Source: Escherichia phage vB_EcoP_PW8
DNA: 64,000 bases
Reading direction: 5' to 3' (one strand)
Sequence record: PQ362703.1
The translations under genes were made by a program, and so were the position numbers. The notes below the pieces were generated by a model that worked only from the letters and a program-made list of their open reading frames with translations, did no database searches and was not told the DNA's origin. This document shows positions 18,950 through 29,178 of this stretch, one piece after another (positions within the stretch are counted from its first letter, which is position 1; the number at the start of each line of letters is the position of its first letter).

Positions 18950-20125
18950 ATGAACCAATTTCCTCAGCACACTCTTAGTGATGAACAACTCATGCGTGAG
19001 TATGACCGTATTCAAGCTCAGGCTTTCCTAGGACGCAGCGCAGCCTTCTTTGGTTCATTACTATGTAGTCTTAAATTCTCATGGAAACGTGGGGATTGCC
19101 CCACTGCATGTACGGATGGGATAGAACTCCATTTCAATCCTGATTTCTTTATCTGGATGTGTCCAGATGCAAGAGAAACAGTATTAATGCACGAACTATG
19201 GCATGTGGCATATCTACATGACATCCGTCGTGGAAGCCGTGACCCAGAAGTCTGGAACCAGGCATGTGACCACTTCATTAACCTTCAGTTAGAAGAGGAT
19301 GGTTATAAGTTCACTGGTATTGATGAAGGCATTTGCAAAGACCCCCAATATAAAGGATGGGTCGAAGAAGACATCTATGATGACCTGATGAAGAACCCTC
19401 AGAAAAGGCAAAAGCCGTCAGGGGGTGCTGGAGCAGGTCTTGCTGGCGACATGAAATCCCCCACTTCGGGGCAGTCCCAGGGTGCTGTCGTCAACAACGT
19501 AGTACGTGCAATGCAGAGCCAGAAGATGGCAGGTGGAACAATGCCTGGTAAGGGTGCTGGTCGTATGGAAGAGGTCATTACCCAATTCCTTAAACCAGTG
19601 GTTCCCTGGCAGGAAGTTCTGATGAATTTCTTTACCGACATTGATGACACTCATTATACGTGGGCCAGACCTAACCGTCGTTACACTGACATCTATCTAC
19701 CTTCCCTGGAAGATGATGAAGGGCGATTACGACACTTAGCCTACTTTGAGGATGTATCCGGTTCTATTAGTAGTGCTGACTCTCTGCGTTTTAACTCAGA
19801 GGTTGCCTACGTTAAGAGCCAGTTCAATCCTAAGAAGATGACCCTAATCACCTTCGATGATGTTATCCAAGAAGAGATAGACATCACTGAAGAAGATACT
19901 TTTGAGGAGATTAAGATTACTGGTCGTGGTGGTACAAACCTGGAACCAGTACGTGATTGGATTATTAAGAATAAGCCAACCGCTGCAATCATATTCTCTG
20001 ATATGTATGTTCGTCCAATGGAAGAACTACCATTTGATATCCCAATCATCTGGTGTGTTCTGAATAATCCTAATGCTACCGTACCTTTTGGGGAGGTAGT
20101 TCATATCCCTAAAGGAATGAAATAA
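18950..20125 (+). CDS. metallopeptidase-like / VWA-like protein, partner of the MoxR ATPase
   Basis: 391 aa with HExxH motif (HELWHVAYLH), directly downstream of the AAA+ ATPase gene. Confidence 0.5.
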   Translation: MNQFPQHTLSDEQLMREYDRIQAQAFLGRSAAFFGSLLCSLKFSWKRGDCPTACTDGIELHFNPDFFIWMCPDARETVLMHELWHVAYLHDIRRGSRDPEVWNQACDHFINLQLEEDGYKFTGIDEGICKDPQYKGWVEEDIYDDLMKNPQKRQKPSGGAGAGLAGDMKSPTSGQSQGAVVNNVVRAMQSQKMAGGTMPGKGAGRMEEVITQFLKPVVPWQEVLMNFFTDIDDTHYTWARPNRRYTDIYLPSLEDDEGRLRHLAYFEDVSGSISSADSLRFNSEVAYVKSQFNPKKMTLITFDDVIQEEIDITEEDTFEEIKITGRGGTNLEPVRDWIIKNKPTAAIIFSDMYVRPMEELPFDIPIIWCVLNNPNATVPFGEVVHIPKGMK

Positions 20126-20631
20126 TGGTTGTTAATGGTAATTCTCTATATCGTTCATCCCAGTTGCTAGATGTTCCTGACCATAAGGTATCCGAGCACG
20201 GTGTAAGCTATGGTTTAGGTGAAGCTGGTTATGATATTCGTATCAAACAAGACATTACCTTCTATCGCTTATTTGGGTTGATTCCAATGGTGAAAGTCGT
20301 TGATGGAAAACAAGTATCACGTCATTTCGGCAAGTTCACGTTGGCTTCAGCAATCGAGAAATTCAACATGTCCCCATCCTGTGTAGCAATCGTTCACGAT
20401 AAATCTACCTGGGCAAGACATGCATTATCAGTGTTCAATACCGTAATCGAACCAGGGTGGAAAGGTTGGCTTACTTTAGAGCTTGTCTATCATGGTCGTA
20501 AGAAATTGCATATCCCGGCTGGTTCTGGGATAGCTCAAGTATTATTTCATCTGGTTCAAGAACCTGCTAATTACAATGGCAAGTACATGAATCAGGAAAA
20601 CAAACCAGTAGCTGCAAGAAGCAGTAAATAA
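20125..20631 (+). CDS. dCTP deaminase / dUTPase-superfamily protein
   Basis: 168 aa with GYDIRI, S..AR and IEPGWKGWLTLEL motifs. Confidence 0.5.
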   Translation: MVVNGNSLYRSSQLLDVPDHKVSEHGVSYGLGEAGYDIRIKQDITFYRLFGLIPMVKVVDGKQVSRHFGKFTLASAIEKFNMSPSCVAIVHDKSTWARHALSVFNTVIEPGWKGWLTLELVYHGRKKLHIPAGSGIAQVLFHLVQEPANYNGKYMNQENKPVAARSSK

Positions 20632-20640
20632 GGAAACAAC

Positions 20641-20850
20641 ATGTCAGTATTTCAAGTAACTCATGCAACCTCAGATGTACGCTTAACCATTAATGCTGCA
20701 AATGTAATTGCAGTAGAACAGATTCCACAGTCTGACCATGCACGCGTCATATTTGTAGATAATAACTATATAGAAACCAAAGAAACCTATCGTTCAGTAC
20801 GCAATTACCTGAAGAAAGCTCTTACACCTGCAAGCAAAGACTCTGAGTAA
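20641..20850 (+). CDS. hypothetical protein
   Basis: 69-aa ORF. Confidence 0.3.
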   Translation: MSVFQVTHATSDVRLTINAANVIAVEQIPQSDHARVIFVDNNYIETKETYRSVRNYLKKALTPASKDSE

Positions 20851-20887
20851 GTAGCTGCCTAAATAGCCCAACTATGTTGGGCTATTT

Positions 20888-21166
20888 GTGAAGAAACTAA
20901 CTCAACCCCACATAGGAACCATCATGGAATCTTTAGCAGCAATCCTTGTTATGTTATTTGTATTAGCTGTATACCTTATCCCTACTATCATTGCTTTTTC
21001 ACGAGGCCATGTCTCTAAGTGGGGCATTGGTGTGCTTAATATCGTATTAGGCTGGTCTTTAGTCTTCTGGGTAGTAGCACTGATTTGGTCACTGTCCAAC
21101 AAAGGTCAGAACCAGGTTACGAATGTAACTGTTGTTCAAACCAATGGTGGCAGTAAAGCAGAGTAA
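20888..21166 (+). CDS. small two-helix membrane protein, superinfection-immunity-like (tentative)
   Basis: 92 aa, two hydrophobic helices with YLIPTIIAFSRGH between them. Confidence 0.35.
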   Translation: MKKLTQPHIGTIMESLAAILVMLFVLAVYLIPTIIAFSRGHVSKWGIGVLNIVLGWSLVFWVVALIWSLSNKGQNQVTNVTVVQTNGGSKAE

Positions 21167-21240
21167 CTAATCTAAGCATCATTACATAGTGGTGCTTGTG
21201 GAAGTTGCTTCCAGCTCATTGCTTATCCATCTCCTAACCC

Positions 21241-21270
21241 AAGCCCACCTAACCCGTGGGCTTTTTTAAT
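21241..21270 (+). terminator. intrinsic terminator
   Basis: AAGCCCAC-ctaaccc-GTGGGCTT followed by TTTTAAT. Confidence 0.6.
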
Positions 21271-21283
21271 TACAGGTACTCTT

Positions 21284-21667
21284 ATGCCAAACAGACAAAA
21301 TGGTAAGTCTATCTTATATGGACTGGACTTAAGTAAACTGGAACAAACTGCAATGCTTACTTTAGGTAAAACTATGCATGACCAAGTGGAGAATGAAACT
21401 GAATCAGATGTTTATGCATTAATGCAGGATCTTATTCAGAAAGGATGGCCCAGCAGAATATTTAATGTCCCTTCATACATCCCCCCAGAACCTCATCTGA
21501 AATCTAAGGTAGATCATATCATAGATAAGTTCTGGGCATATCCAGGAGAAGGTCACATGTACCTATACCTGGAGCAGTTACGAAAGAATCCCATTACTCG
21601 TGACTTGTTCAAGGGTAAAAGCACTACTCACCACTGCCCCTGGTATAGAAGAGGTAGTAAATACTAA
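21284..21667 (+). CDS. hypothetical protein
   Basis: 127-aa ORF. Confidence 0.35.
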   Translation: MPNRQNGKSILYGLDLSKLEQTAMLTLGKTMHDQVENETESDVYALMQDLIQKGWPSRIFNVPSYIPPEPHLKSKVDHIIDKFWAYPGEGHMYLYLEQLRKNPITRDLFKGKSTTHHCPWYRRGSKY

Positions 21668-22110
21668 TGCGTATCCCATTCCTAAGAAAAAGAGAACAAA
21701 TACATGTTCTTTATAAGAAAGGTATAGAAAATGAGTATGAACTCAACCGTAAGTCTCGTTCCTACATAACAAAATTATTTATGGGGACTAACAACCCTGA
21801 TAGATTACTGGACTTTGTTTTTGAACAAGTCTTTATCATATACAGCTTAGCTATGTCTGCTGGTTCACAGGAAGTAAGTGATAAGGCAAGACATGCTCTC
21901 TGTATGCTCCGTAAAGAGTATGAAGCCCTCATGTATGAAGACTTGTACTCCTTTAAAAAAGAAACCGCTGTAGCGTGTTCTGAGGCTCTTACTGAAGGTG
22001 TAGCAGTATTACAAGAACTACCTCGTAGTGAGTTTAAGCTGGTATATGTTCAGGTTAAGAGAATCACAGAGACGAGAAGTGGTATCACCAACTATCTAAG
22101 GTCATTCTAA
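21667..22110 (+). CDS. hypothetical protein
   Basis: 147-aa ORF, start overlaps upstream stop. Confidence 0.35.
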   Translation: MRIPFLRKREQIHVLYKKGIENEYELNRKSRSYITKLFMGTNNPDRLLDFVFEQVFIIYSLAMSAGSQEVSDKARHALCMLRKEYEALMYEDLYSFKKETAVACSEALTEGVAVLQELPRSEFKLVYVQVKRITETRSGITNYLRSF

Positions 22111-23054
22111 TGATTAAGGCATCAGTAATTGCAGATTCCGTTCATCCAGAAACAGGAACTCGTATCACAACATTTGAATTGGTTTATCCCCGATTCATTC
22201 ACAGTGAGTTTATGACTCACCGTGTATTCAACCGTAATGCCTCAAGCAGTCGTGCAATCCCTACTTCTAAGTTGATTGAACAGGTTCGTAATGAACCAGT
22301 GATGCCAAGTCACTGGGGTAAGAACCAGAAAGGTATGCAAGCATTTGAAGAACTTACTCCTATGGAGATTGAAGATGCTAAGTTTATCTGGGATAACGCT
22401 GCTTCTGCTGCTGCTGTGTATGCCGAACAGTTACGTCGTGGGCAAGTACACAAGCAAATTGTTAACCGTATTCTGGAACCATTTACACATATCCGTGTAG
22501 TGGTAACCTCAACTAGCTGGGCTAACTTCTATGGACTGCGTGACCACAAAGATGCACAACCAGAGATTCGTGAACTGGCTCAGGCAATGCGTAAGGCACA
22601 TGAAGAAAGCACACCAAGAGCACTATCATATGGTCAATGGCATATGCCGTACATTGCTCATATTGATCGTGTTGGTGCTCACAATTTCTGCAAACGCAAT
22701 CGAATTACACGCGATGAGCCAAGTGTTGCAGAAGTGTATGGACTGCTTCTTAAAGTAAGTGCTGCACGTTGTGCTCGTGCTTCTTACAACAATTTCGAAG
22801 GCCGTCCTTCTACTATCGAAGAAGACCTTGGCTTATTTGCTAAGTTAGTGGAAGACCAACCTATTCATGCTTCTCCAACAGAACATCAGGCTACTCCTAT
22901 GAATCTTGGTGAGAAGTACGTGAATAACATGAACCCAGTTACATGGGAACAAGGTGTTACATCCATGGATAAAGAAGGGAATCTGTACTCGGGTAACCTG
23001 CTCCACTTTATCCAATTCCGTAAGTTAATTCCTGGTGAGGCCATTACTGAATGA
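22110..23054 (+). CDS. thyX: flavin-dependent thymidylate synthase (ThyX-like)
   Basis: 314 aa with ThyX-like signature (FMTHRVFNRNASSSRAIP). Confidence 0.65.
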   Translation: MIKASVIADSVHPETGTRITTFELVYPRFIHSEFMTHRVFNRNASSSRAIPTSKLIEQVRNEPVMPSHWGKNQKGMQAFEELTPMEIEDAKFIWDNAASAAAVYAEQLRRGQVHKQIVNRILEPFTHIRVVVTSTSWANFYGLRDHKDAQPEIRELAQAMRKAHEESTPRALSYGQWHMPYIAHIDRVGAHNFCKRNRITRDEPSVAEVYGLLLKVSAARCARASYNNFEGRPSTIEEDLGLFAKLVEDQPIHASPTEHQATPMNLGEKYVNNMNPVTWEQGVTSMDKEGNLYSGNLLHFIQFRKLIPGEAITE

Positions 23055-23263
23055 AAAAACTAGCTCTGTACGCAATGCTAATTAGTGCCTTACTCACACT
23101 GACCTACGCATACAAAGTCGCCTTTGTGGTAGGAACAGATATACAGTTAATTCTAGCTAGTGTTCTGTTTTTTGTAAGTGAGATTGGTTTGTGGTGTATC
23201 TATTATTTTGCTCGTGACTATGAAGCAATTCGTGAACATGATGAAGCAAAAGAACGTATGTGA
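23051..23263 (+). CDS. small membrane protein
   Basis: 70 aa, two hydrophobic segments. Confidence 0.35.
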   Translation: MKKLALYAMLISALLTLTYAYKVAFVVGTDIQLILASVLFFVSEIGLWCIYYFARDYEAIREHDEAKERM

Positions 23264-23296
23264 CACTTCATTGAAGAAAATAGTAAGTAAACCTAA

Positions 23297-23321
23297 GACC
23301 TCCTCCGGGAGGTCTTTTTTT
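23297..23321 (+). terminator. intrinsic terminator
   Basis: GACCTCC-tccg-GGAGGTC followed by TTTTTTT. Confidence 0.7.
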
Positions 23322-23350
23322 GGTTTCAATTAACTCTTTTAGGATGGTTT

Positions 23351-23563
23351 ATGCCTGCTAAATACCGTATCAAAGACACACCCGTAATGTGTGAGGGAGA
23401 GAAAGGTGACATTGTACATGCCTGTATCCAGGACGATTTCAATGCTGCTCAAATGTTAACTCAAATGACAAATACACTGCATGTATCAGTAACACTGGAC
23501 CCTACTGGTGACTATCCATGCTTCCCCATTCCTGCCCATAACCTGGAGCAAATTTATGATTAA
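23351..23563 (+). CDS. hypothetical protein
   Basis: 70-aa ORF. Confidence 0.3.
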   Translation: MPAKYRIKDTPVMCEGEKGDIVHACIQDDFNAAQMLTQMTNTLHVSVTLDPTGDYPCFPIPAHNLEQIYD

Positions 23564-23870
23564 CCCTGAAGTAATTCATAGTAAAACCGGTAAAGCTGTC
23601 CCACTTAGTGAGATTGCAGTAACTGGGGATATTGCTGCTTGCCCAGCAAACATTGCCTCTCTATGTATGTGCATTGCTGCACTGGCAGAGGAACGTAAGT
23701 TATGGCTGGAGCCAAGCAAGGAAATGGTTCTAGCTGGTATGGCTGAACTGAATGCACTTCTGAAAGAAATGTATGACGAGAATGGTCAATTAGTTGAACC
23801 AACTGATGACCAAATTTCAGACGCTGTAGTATTTGTCCTTCAAGCAATGGCAGGTAAACGTAATGGTTAA
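23556..23870 (+). CDS. hypothetical protein
   Basis: Start placed at ATG 23556 (GGAG RBS); track start is 23508. Confidence 0.35.
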   Translation: MINPEVIHSKTGKAVPLSEIAVTGDIAACPANIASLCMCIAALAEERKLWLEPSKEMVLAGMAELNALLKEMYDENGQLVEPTDDQISDAVVFVLQAMAGKRNG

Positions 23871-24075
23871 ATTTAAACCTGGTGATGTGTTCTATGATTC
23901 AAAAAATAAATGTCATTTTGTTTTGGAACTGGAGCTTAGAGTACTGGAATCTTTCTGTGTAAGAATGCTTACCAAAAACAATAATTTATATGGAAAACCT
24001 CTGACACTGGTAGGTTATAACCACCTAGAACTTTCACGATTCACATTAGTGGGACGCAAAGCAGTAATCAAATAA
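23863..24075 (+). CDS. hypothetical protein
   Basis: ATG 23863 overlapping upstream stop; track start TTG 23833. Confidence 0.3.
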   Translation: MVKFKPGDVFYDSKNKCHFVLELELRVLESFCVRMLTKNNNLYGKPLTLVGYNHLELSRFTLVGRKAVIK

Positions 24076-24102
24076 GCAACATTTAATCCGGAGAGTAAAT
24101 AA

Positions 24103-26670
24103 ATGTTAGTTGCAGATACCAATGAAGTAGCTACCTCAGCGACACTGGGTGGCAAAGAAACAATTGCCTTTGGCATCTCCGATGACCCGGCATTCTTTCA
24201 CGTATTAAGTACTTCCCTGTATAACAATCCTACCCTGGCAGTAGTCCGTGAGACTATCTGTAACAGTTGGGATGCTCATATTGAAGCAGGTAAGACTGAT
24301 ACCCCTATCCGTATCACTATTGATACAGACAACTTTATTACCTTCCGTGACTACGGTAATGGTATTCCAGATGAACTCATTGGTTCCATTTATGGTGTCT
24401 ATGGTGCATCTACTAAGAAAGCCAACAGTAGTGCTACTGGTGGTTTTGGTCTGGGATGTAAATCCCCATTCGCTTATACAGATAGCTTCCAGGTTACTTC
24501 ATGGAACCAGGGAAAGATGTCGGTATATAACGTAGCTAAGGCTGCGATTGAGAATGATGGTAAGCCTGGCATTGTTCCTATCGTTACTAATATTCCTACT
24601 GAGGAATCCGGTATGGAAGTTAAATTCCAGTTAGGCAAGCATGATGTAAATACCTTTGTACATTACATCACATCAATTGTGTTCAATGGTGAGATTAAAG
24701 CTGAGCTTAGTATCCCTAAACTCGTTAAAACAGAAGCAGGTAATAGTATTCAACAAGGTGATTACACTTTACTGAATACGTTAGGTATGTCATTTGAACC
24801 TGGTTCATATGATATGTCTGATAGCTGGTATAAAGGCTATATGGGTAACAGTAACATATTCGTTCGTTACGGTAACGTAATGTACCCAATAGTATCTAGC
24901 CCAGCTAGTGAAGAAGCTGTAGGTCTTATCCTCAACTTTATGAACATCATTGGTGCTTCTAATTTAGTAGTTCAGGCTGCACCAGACACCCTGGCTATTG
25001 CTCCTAGTCGAGAAACTCTGTCTAACCAGAAGTTAACCGACGATGGTATTACTACTCTGTGTGTTGATTTAGTAGACCGTATGGAGAAAGAGATTAAGGC
25101 TAAAATTCCTGAAGCTATTAAGCAGGTTGAGAAATATGCCTCTGAAGCCACTACTTGCTATTGGAAATATCCACCTTTCCTGTCTGCTGTTAAAGACTCC
25201 ATTGTTCAACGATATATGTCCTCTAGTTTGTGGGCTAAGCAACGTAAGCATCATATCAAGCACTGGCGTAACTTATCCAATAAGGCATTATTAGCTCGTC
25301 CTGAATATGCAGGTCTTAAGAAACTGTATGGTAAGGCTATGCGTGCTCTTAAGGATACTCGTGAAGAAAGTACATACTCCCCATTCCATGAATTAGTATA
25401 TCGTCATCTGCACTTACCCCAGCTTGCTGCTTTAAAAGCTATAGGTATTAAGTGGTCTGGCTACATAGTGAACCAGGGTAACAGTGTTGATTTGGAGAAA
25501 GGTAAACTCGCTGACTACTTTAGAATATTCCATAACTCCCACCAGAGTATTGGCATATTCACTACCAAGAACGTTGTAGTTACCCGACGTTTATCTGACT
25601 GTGCAGACTCTTTCTCGTACTTCCCTGAGTACAACCGAGGTGACTTGGAGCGTACAGCTTTTGTTCACGTCGTTGGACCTAAGAAGGGTGCGGCAGAGGA
25701 AGCTGTAGCTAAGTTCACTGCTATGGGTTATCGGGTAATTGACCTTACTCAATACAATGAGTGGGACAAACCAACTAACTTCCGTAGGGAACAGGCTAAG
25801 ATAGCTGCTGAGAGACGAGCTAAGACAATAGCTACCAATAAAACCAAAGCAGGAGGTAAAACTAATGCTCTGATTTCATTGAATGCAGTTAATGGTACTA
25901 CTATTGTACGGGATAAAAATGGTGATTGGTTATCTAAGCCTTATATTCAGAAGGAGTTTGCTGACCCAAGCCGCCATGATAAATCTGGTTTCGTTGAAGT
26001 AGAGAAGCCAAAGTACTATGTACTGGCTAATCAGGTTGGTTCAGGTAGCCCAGTAACTGCCAGTATTGGAACCATGTGGAAATGGCATGAGTTGTCCGAT
26101 GAGATGAAAGCAGAGACAGTTGTCTGCCGCAATCAAATCGAAGCTAACAAGGCCAAACGACGGGGTGCTATCCACATTGATGATGTTCGCTTTAGGGAAC
26201 TGATGTCAGTCATTACCAGTAAGGGATTCAAGAAGTATATCACTGAACACCGTATTGGTATTCTGGAATACGTAGGACTAGATGACAGAGAGTATTGGGA
26301 AATCCTAGATATTCTTGGTCTAACATTCAAACCATTACAGAATCTGATTTTTAAACCAGAGTATGAATGGGCATATGACTTTTTACGAAATCGACCACAC
26401 GACAACAAAGAAAAACTTGTTGAAATGGGTTGTATTAAGTCAGTTGATGACCTAGAGCCATATATAGTGATGACTAATCCCCGTAACCATAAGTATTTCC
26501 AAATACTTAATGATTACAAAGGACTATTCAGCTATAGCTGGGCTAAAAATGACATCCTACAGACACTGGACTTAGGTAGTTTGGTCAAGCACCTTAAGAA
26601 GAATCCAGAGGATATTCCTGGGTTTAAGTGCCTCTACCGTAATCGTCTAAATAAACTGAAAGGTAACTAA
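24103..26670 (+). CDS. rIIA: rIIA-like protein with N-terminal GHKL-type ATPase fold
   Basis: 855 aa. GHKL-like N box (NSWDAH), G1 (DYGNGI) and G2 (GGFGLG). Confidence 0.55.
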   Translation: MLVADTNEVATSATLGGKETIAFGISDDPAFFHVLSTSLYNNPTLAVVRETICNSWDAHIEAGKTDTPIRITIDTDNFITFRDYGNGIPDELIGSIYGVYGASTKKANSSATGGFGLGCKSPFAYTDSFQVTSWNQGKMSVYNVAKAAIENDGKPGIVPIVTNIPTEESGMEVKFQLGKHDVNTFVHYITSIVFNGEIKAELSIPKLVKTEAGNSIQQGDYTLLNTLGMSFEPGSYDMSDSWYKGYMGNSNIFVRYGNVMYPIVSSPASEEAVGLILNFMNIIGASNLVVQAAPDTLAIAPSRETLSNQKLTDDGITTLCVDLVDRMEKEIKAKIPEAIKQVEKYASEATTCYWKYPPFLSAVKDSIVQRYMSSSLWAKQRKHHIKHWRNLSNKALLARPEYAGLKKLYGKAMRALKDTREESTYSPFHELVYRHLHLPQLAALKAIGIKWSGYIVNQGNSVDLEKGKLADYFRIFHNSHQSIGIFTTKNVVVTRRLSDCADSFSYFPEYNRGDLERTAFVHVVGPKKGAAEEAVAKFTAMGYRVIDLTQYNEWDKPTNFRREQAKIAAERRAKTIATNKTKAGGKTNALISLNAVNGTTIVRDKNGDWLSKPYIQKEFADPSRHDKSGFVEVEKPKYYVLANQVGSGSPVTASIGTMWKWHELSDEMKAETVVCRNQIEANKAKRRGAIHIDDVRFRELMSVITSKGFKKYITEHRIGILEYVGLDDREYWEILDILGLTFKPLQNLIFKPEYEWAYDFLRNRPHDNKEKLVEMGCIKSVDDLEPYIVMTNPRNHKYFQILNDYKGLFSYSWAKNDILQTLDLGSLVKHLKKNPEDIPGFKCLYRNRLNKLKGN

Positions 26671-26674
26671 TCTG

Positions 26675-28720
26675 ATGAAAATCGAATTGATTTCTATCAT
26701 CGCACTGGCAGTTGACAGTCGTAACCTTACACTGTGGAAGCCTGATGGCTCCACGATTGTATATCCCCAGAGCGACCTACGGGTTGCTCGCATTGTATCT
26801 GAAGCACAAACCAAAGGTCTGGGAACTACCAAAGACCAAGTAGAAGTAAACATTGCACCGGAAGTAGAACTGCGTACTGAATATCTGGAAGCAGAGAAGA
26901 ACACTAACGGATTCGTCCGTTTCTTCAAGGTAGCAAAAGCTAAACTCAAAGAGTTCTTCCAGGATGGTACAGGTACTCAACCTGACCGTATTATTTCTGA
27001 TATTAAGCTAGGTAATCCTACTAAGACACTGGTGTCTAAAGCTATGGATACCTTCCTGGCTGTACAGGCTAATGAACCAGAAGTAACCGTATCTGACGGT
27101 TTTTATGACAGTCGTGACAATCTGATGTGGGTTACTGGCTGGAATAAGGACCATAACCATCCTGCACTGGTTCGTTTTATCAATGACGTACTGCGTTGTG
27201 GTTATGACCATACCAACCGTACTCTTGCACAAGATTGGCCTATTGCAATTCGTGCAGTATCTGATGATGAAATGGGTGAGTTTGCTAAACAAGCTCAGCA
27301 CATCAAAGGAGTACACATTGTATTTACCAGTCGTGATGAAACGCCACTACCCTATGTGGAAGTGGTTAAAACTACGAACCAGGATAAGCTGGCTGCTGCT
27401 TCTGAGAAACTAGCTGCATTAGGTGCTATCAGTACTGATGATGCTAACTTCCACACTGACGTGAAGGAAGATGAAGTGGTTGTTGCTGTTACCAACAATG
27501 GGGTTATCCCTGGAGTTGAGAATCTGCATCGTCACTTACGTCAGTCTGCAAAACTGAAAGATTACAAGGGCTTTACTAAGTTCCTTGAGCGTCTGGCTCC
27601 GGTTATTAAAGACCGTCTGCACTCAGTGGAAGACCTGATGAAGTTCATGGAAACTGCTGAACTGCCTATTGCTGATGACGGTTCAATCCTGTTCCTGAAG
27701 CGTCTGAAGTTTAAAGAAGTAAATGGTGGTAAGCGTGTATTTGTTGACTGTCACTCAGGTAATATCCGTCAATGGGTAGGCTGTAAAGTGCAGGTACGAG
27801 AAGACCTGGTAGACCCTGACCGTCGTCAGGACTGCTCTAACGGTTTGCATGTAGCATCCATGAGCTATATCCGTAGCTTCGGTGGTAACGTAACTATCCT
27901 TGGTAAAGTAGCACCGGAAGATGTATTTGCTGTTCCTCAGTACAGCACCAATAAGATGCGTGTATCTGCATATCATATTATTGCTGAACTGCCGGAAGAA
28001 GAACGTAATAACGTTAACAACGGTATCTACCTGTCTAAAACAGAAGTAGGTAAGAAGTTGCTTAATGATGCCATCGTTGGGAACCATAGTTCACCTACCA
28101 CACTTATTATGGTTGGTGGTCATCGTGGTACTAACCTCAAATACACTAATCTCACATCTGGTTCTGTAGAACAATTCCGTACAGTTGCTAGTAAAGAAGC
28201 ACTGAACATGGAAGAGTCACTAAATGAAGCTGTAGCTGCTGAACCAGTGAAAGCTACTGACCTTAAACCTGTTATTAAGAAGGCTCCTACTGTGAAAGAA
28301 CAAATCCAGGAACTGGTCAAAGAGTTCCTCAATGCAACAACACCAGAAGATAAGTTAGCTGCTGCTGATTTACTTGTGGAAATGCGAGGCAAGGCTCGTA
28401 AGCCATGGGCTGCTTTAGGAGTTAGTTCCGATGTGGTGGATGCAATTGCTACTATTCGTAGTACTCGTATTCCTGCACCAAAAGCTAAGTCAGTGAAGAA
28501 AACTAAACCTATGCGTTCTGCTACTGCCACTAAAGTAGCTCCGTCTGGTAAACATGCTGATAATCTGCGTAGCATCCTGAACGATACGACGTACTCTGAC
28601 TATCAGAAAGGCCATGCTCTGCAAGACTATAAGCGTCATGCCAAGAAGTCATTCACTGCAATGGGTCTGACTGAAGAAGAAGCTAAGTTAGCTACCAAGC
28701 TAGTTAAGGCTGCTAAGTAA
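26675..28720 (+). CDS. rIIB: rIIB-like protein (by synteny)
   Basis: 681 aa, immediately downstream of the rIIA-like gene. No motif verified. Confidence 0.35.
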   Translation: MKIELISIIALAVDSRNLTLWKPDGSTIVYPQSDLRVARIVSEAQTKGLGTTKDQVEVNIAPEVELRTEYLEAEKNTNGFVRFFKVAKAKLKEFFQDGTGTQPDRIISDIKLGNPTKTLVSKAMDTFLAVQANEPEVTVSDGFYDSRDNLMWVTGWNKDHNHPALVRFINDVLRCGYDHTNRTLAQDWPIAIRAVSDDEMGEFAKQAQHIKGVHIVFTSRDETPLPYVEVVKTTNQDKLAAASEKLAALGAISTDDANFHTDVKEDEVVVAVTNNGVIPGVENLHRHLRQSAKLKDYKGFTKFLERLAPVIKDRLHSVEDLMKFMETAELPIADDGSILFLKRLKFKEVNGGKRVFVDCHSGNIRQWVGCKVQVREDLVDPDRRQDCSNGLHVASMSYIRSFGGNVTILGKVAPEDVFAVPQYSTNKMRVSAYHIIAELPEEERNNVNNGIYLSKTEVGKKLLNDAIVGNHSSPTTLIMVGGHRGTNLKYTNLTSGSVEQFRTVASKEALNMEESLNEAVAAEPVKATDLKPVIKKAPTVKEQIQELVKEFLNATTPEDKLAAADLLVEMRGKARKPWAALGVSSDVVDAIATIRSTRIPAPKAKSVKKTKPMRSATATKVAPSGKHADNLRSILNDTTYSDYQKGHALQDYKRHAKKSFTAMGLTEEEAKLATKLVKAAK

Positions 28721-28735
28721 TAGCCTGTTCAAACG

Positions 28736-28770
28736 CCCTCACTTGTAATAAAGTGAGGGTAATTTTGAGG
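28736..28770 (+). terminator. hairpin / weak terminator
   Basis: CCCTCACT-(8 nt loop)-AGTGAGGG followed by TAATTTTG. Confidence 0.4.
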
Positions 28771-28782
28771 AGGAAATGTACT

Positions 28783-29178
28783 ATGAGTAAAGTATTCAGA
28801 AGTAATCGCAAAGCAACCGATGAAGACATCATTCGTATGAATGCTGTTGGGTTATCCCTCGCAACTATCGCTAAGACGTTGGGGGTTCACCCCACTACGG
28901 TTACTTTGCGATTGCGTTCTCTAAACATTGAACCAGCCGACACACGTCGGACGTTCATGGAAAACGTATTACGTCCTTTACCAACCCATGTGGCTGATTG
29001 GCTGTCAGAACAAGTTGGTCCTGCTTATGAGATTCGCTCATATGTAAGAGACTTGATTCTGGAAGCATATAATAATCGCCACCTTAACCAAGAGAGTGAG
29101 CATGACAAGTTCATCCGTTTGTACGCTGGCAAATACGGAAGCCTGGTTCCGGAAAGCAGTACCAAATCCGACGAGTAA
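28783..29178 (+). CDS. small DNA-binding protein (helix-turn-helix)
   Basis: Start placed at ATG 28783 (GAGGAGG RBS); track start GTG 28753 overlaps the hairpin. HTH-like segment LSLATIAKTLGVHPTTVTLRL. Confidence 0.4.
   Translation: MSKVFRSNRKATDEDIIRMNAVGLSLATIAKTLGVHPTTVTLRLRSLNIEPADTRRTFMENVLRPLPTHVADWLSEQVGPAYEIRSYVRDLILEAYNNRHLNQESEHDKFIRLYAGKYGSLVPESSTKSDE

Noticed and set aside
24248-24535. 95-aa ORF inside the rIIA-like gene
   Set aside because: Alternative frame within a well-supported long ORF.
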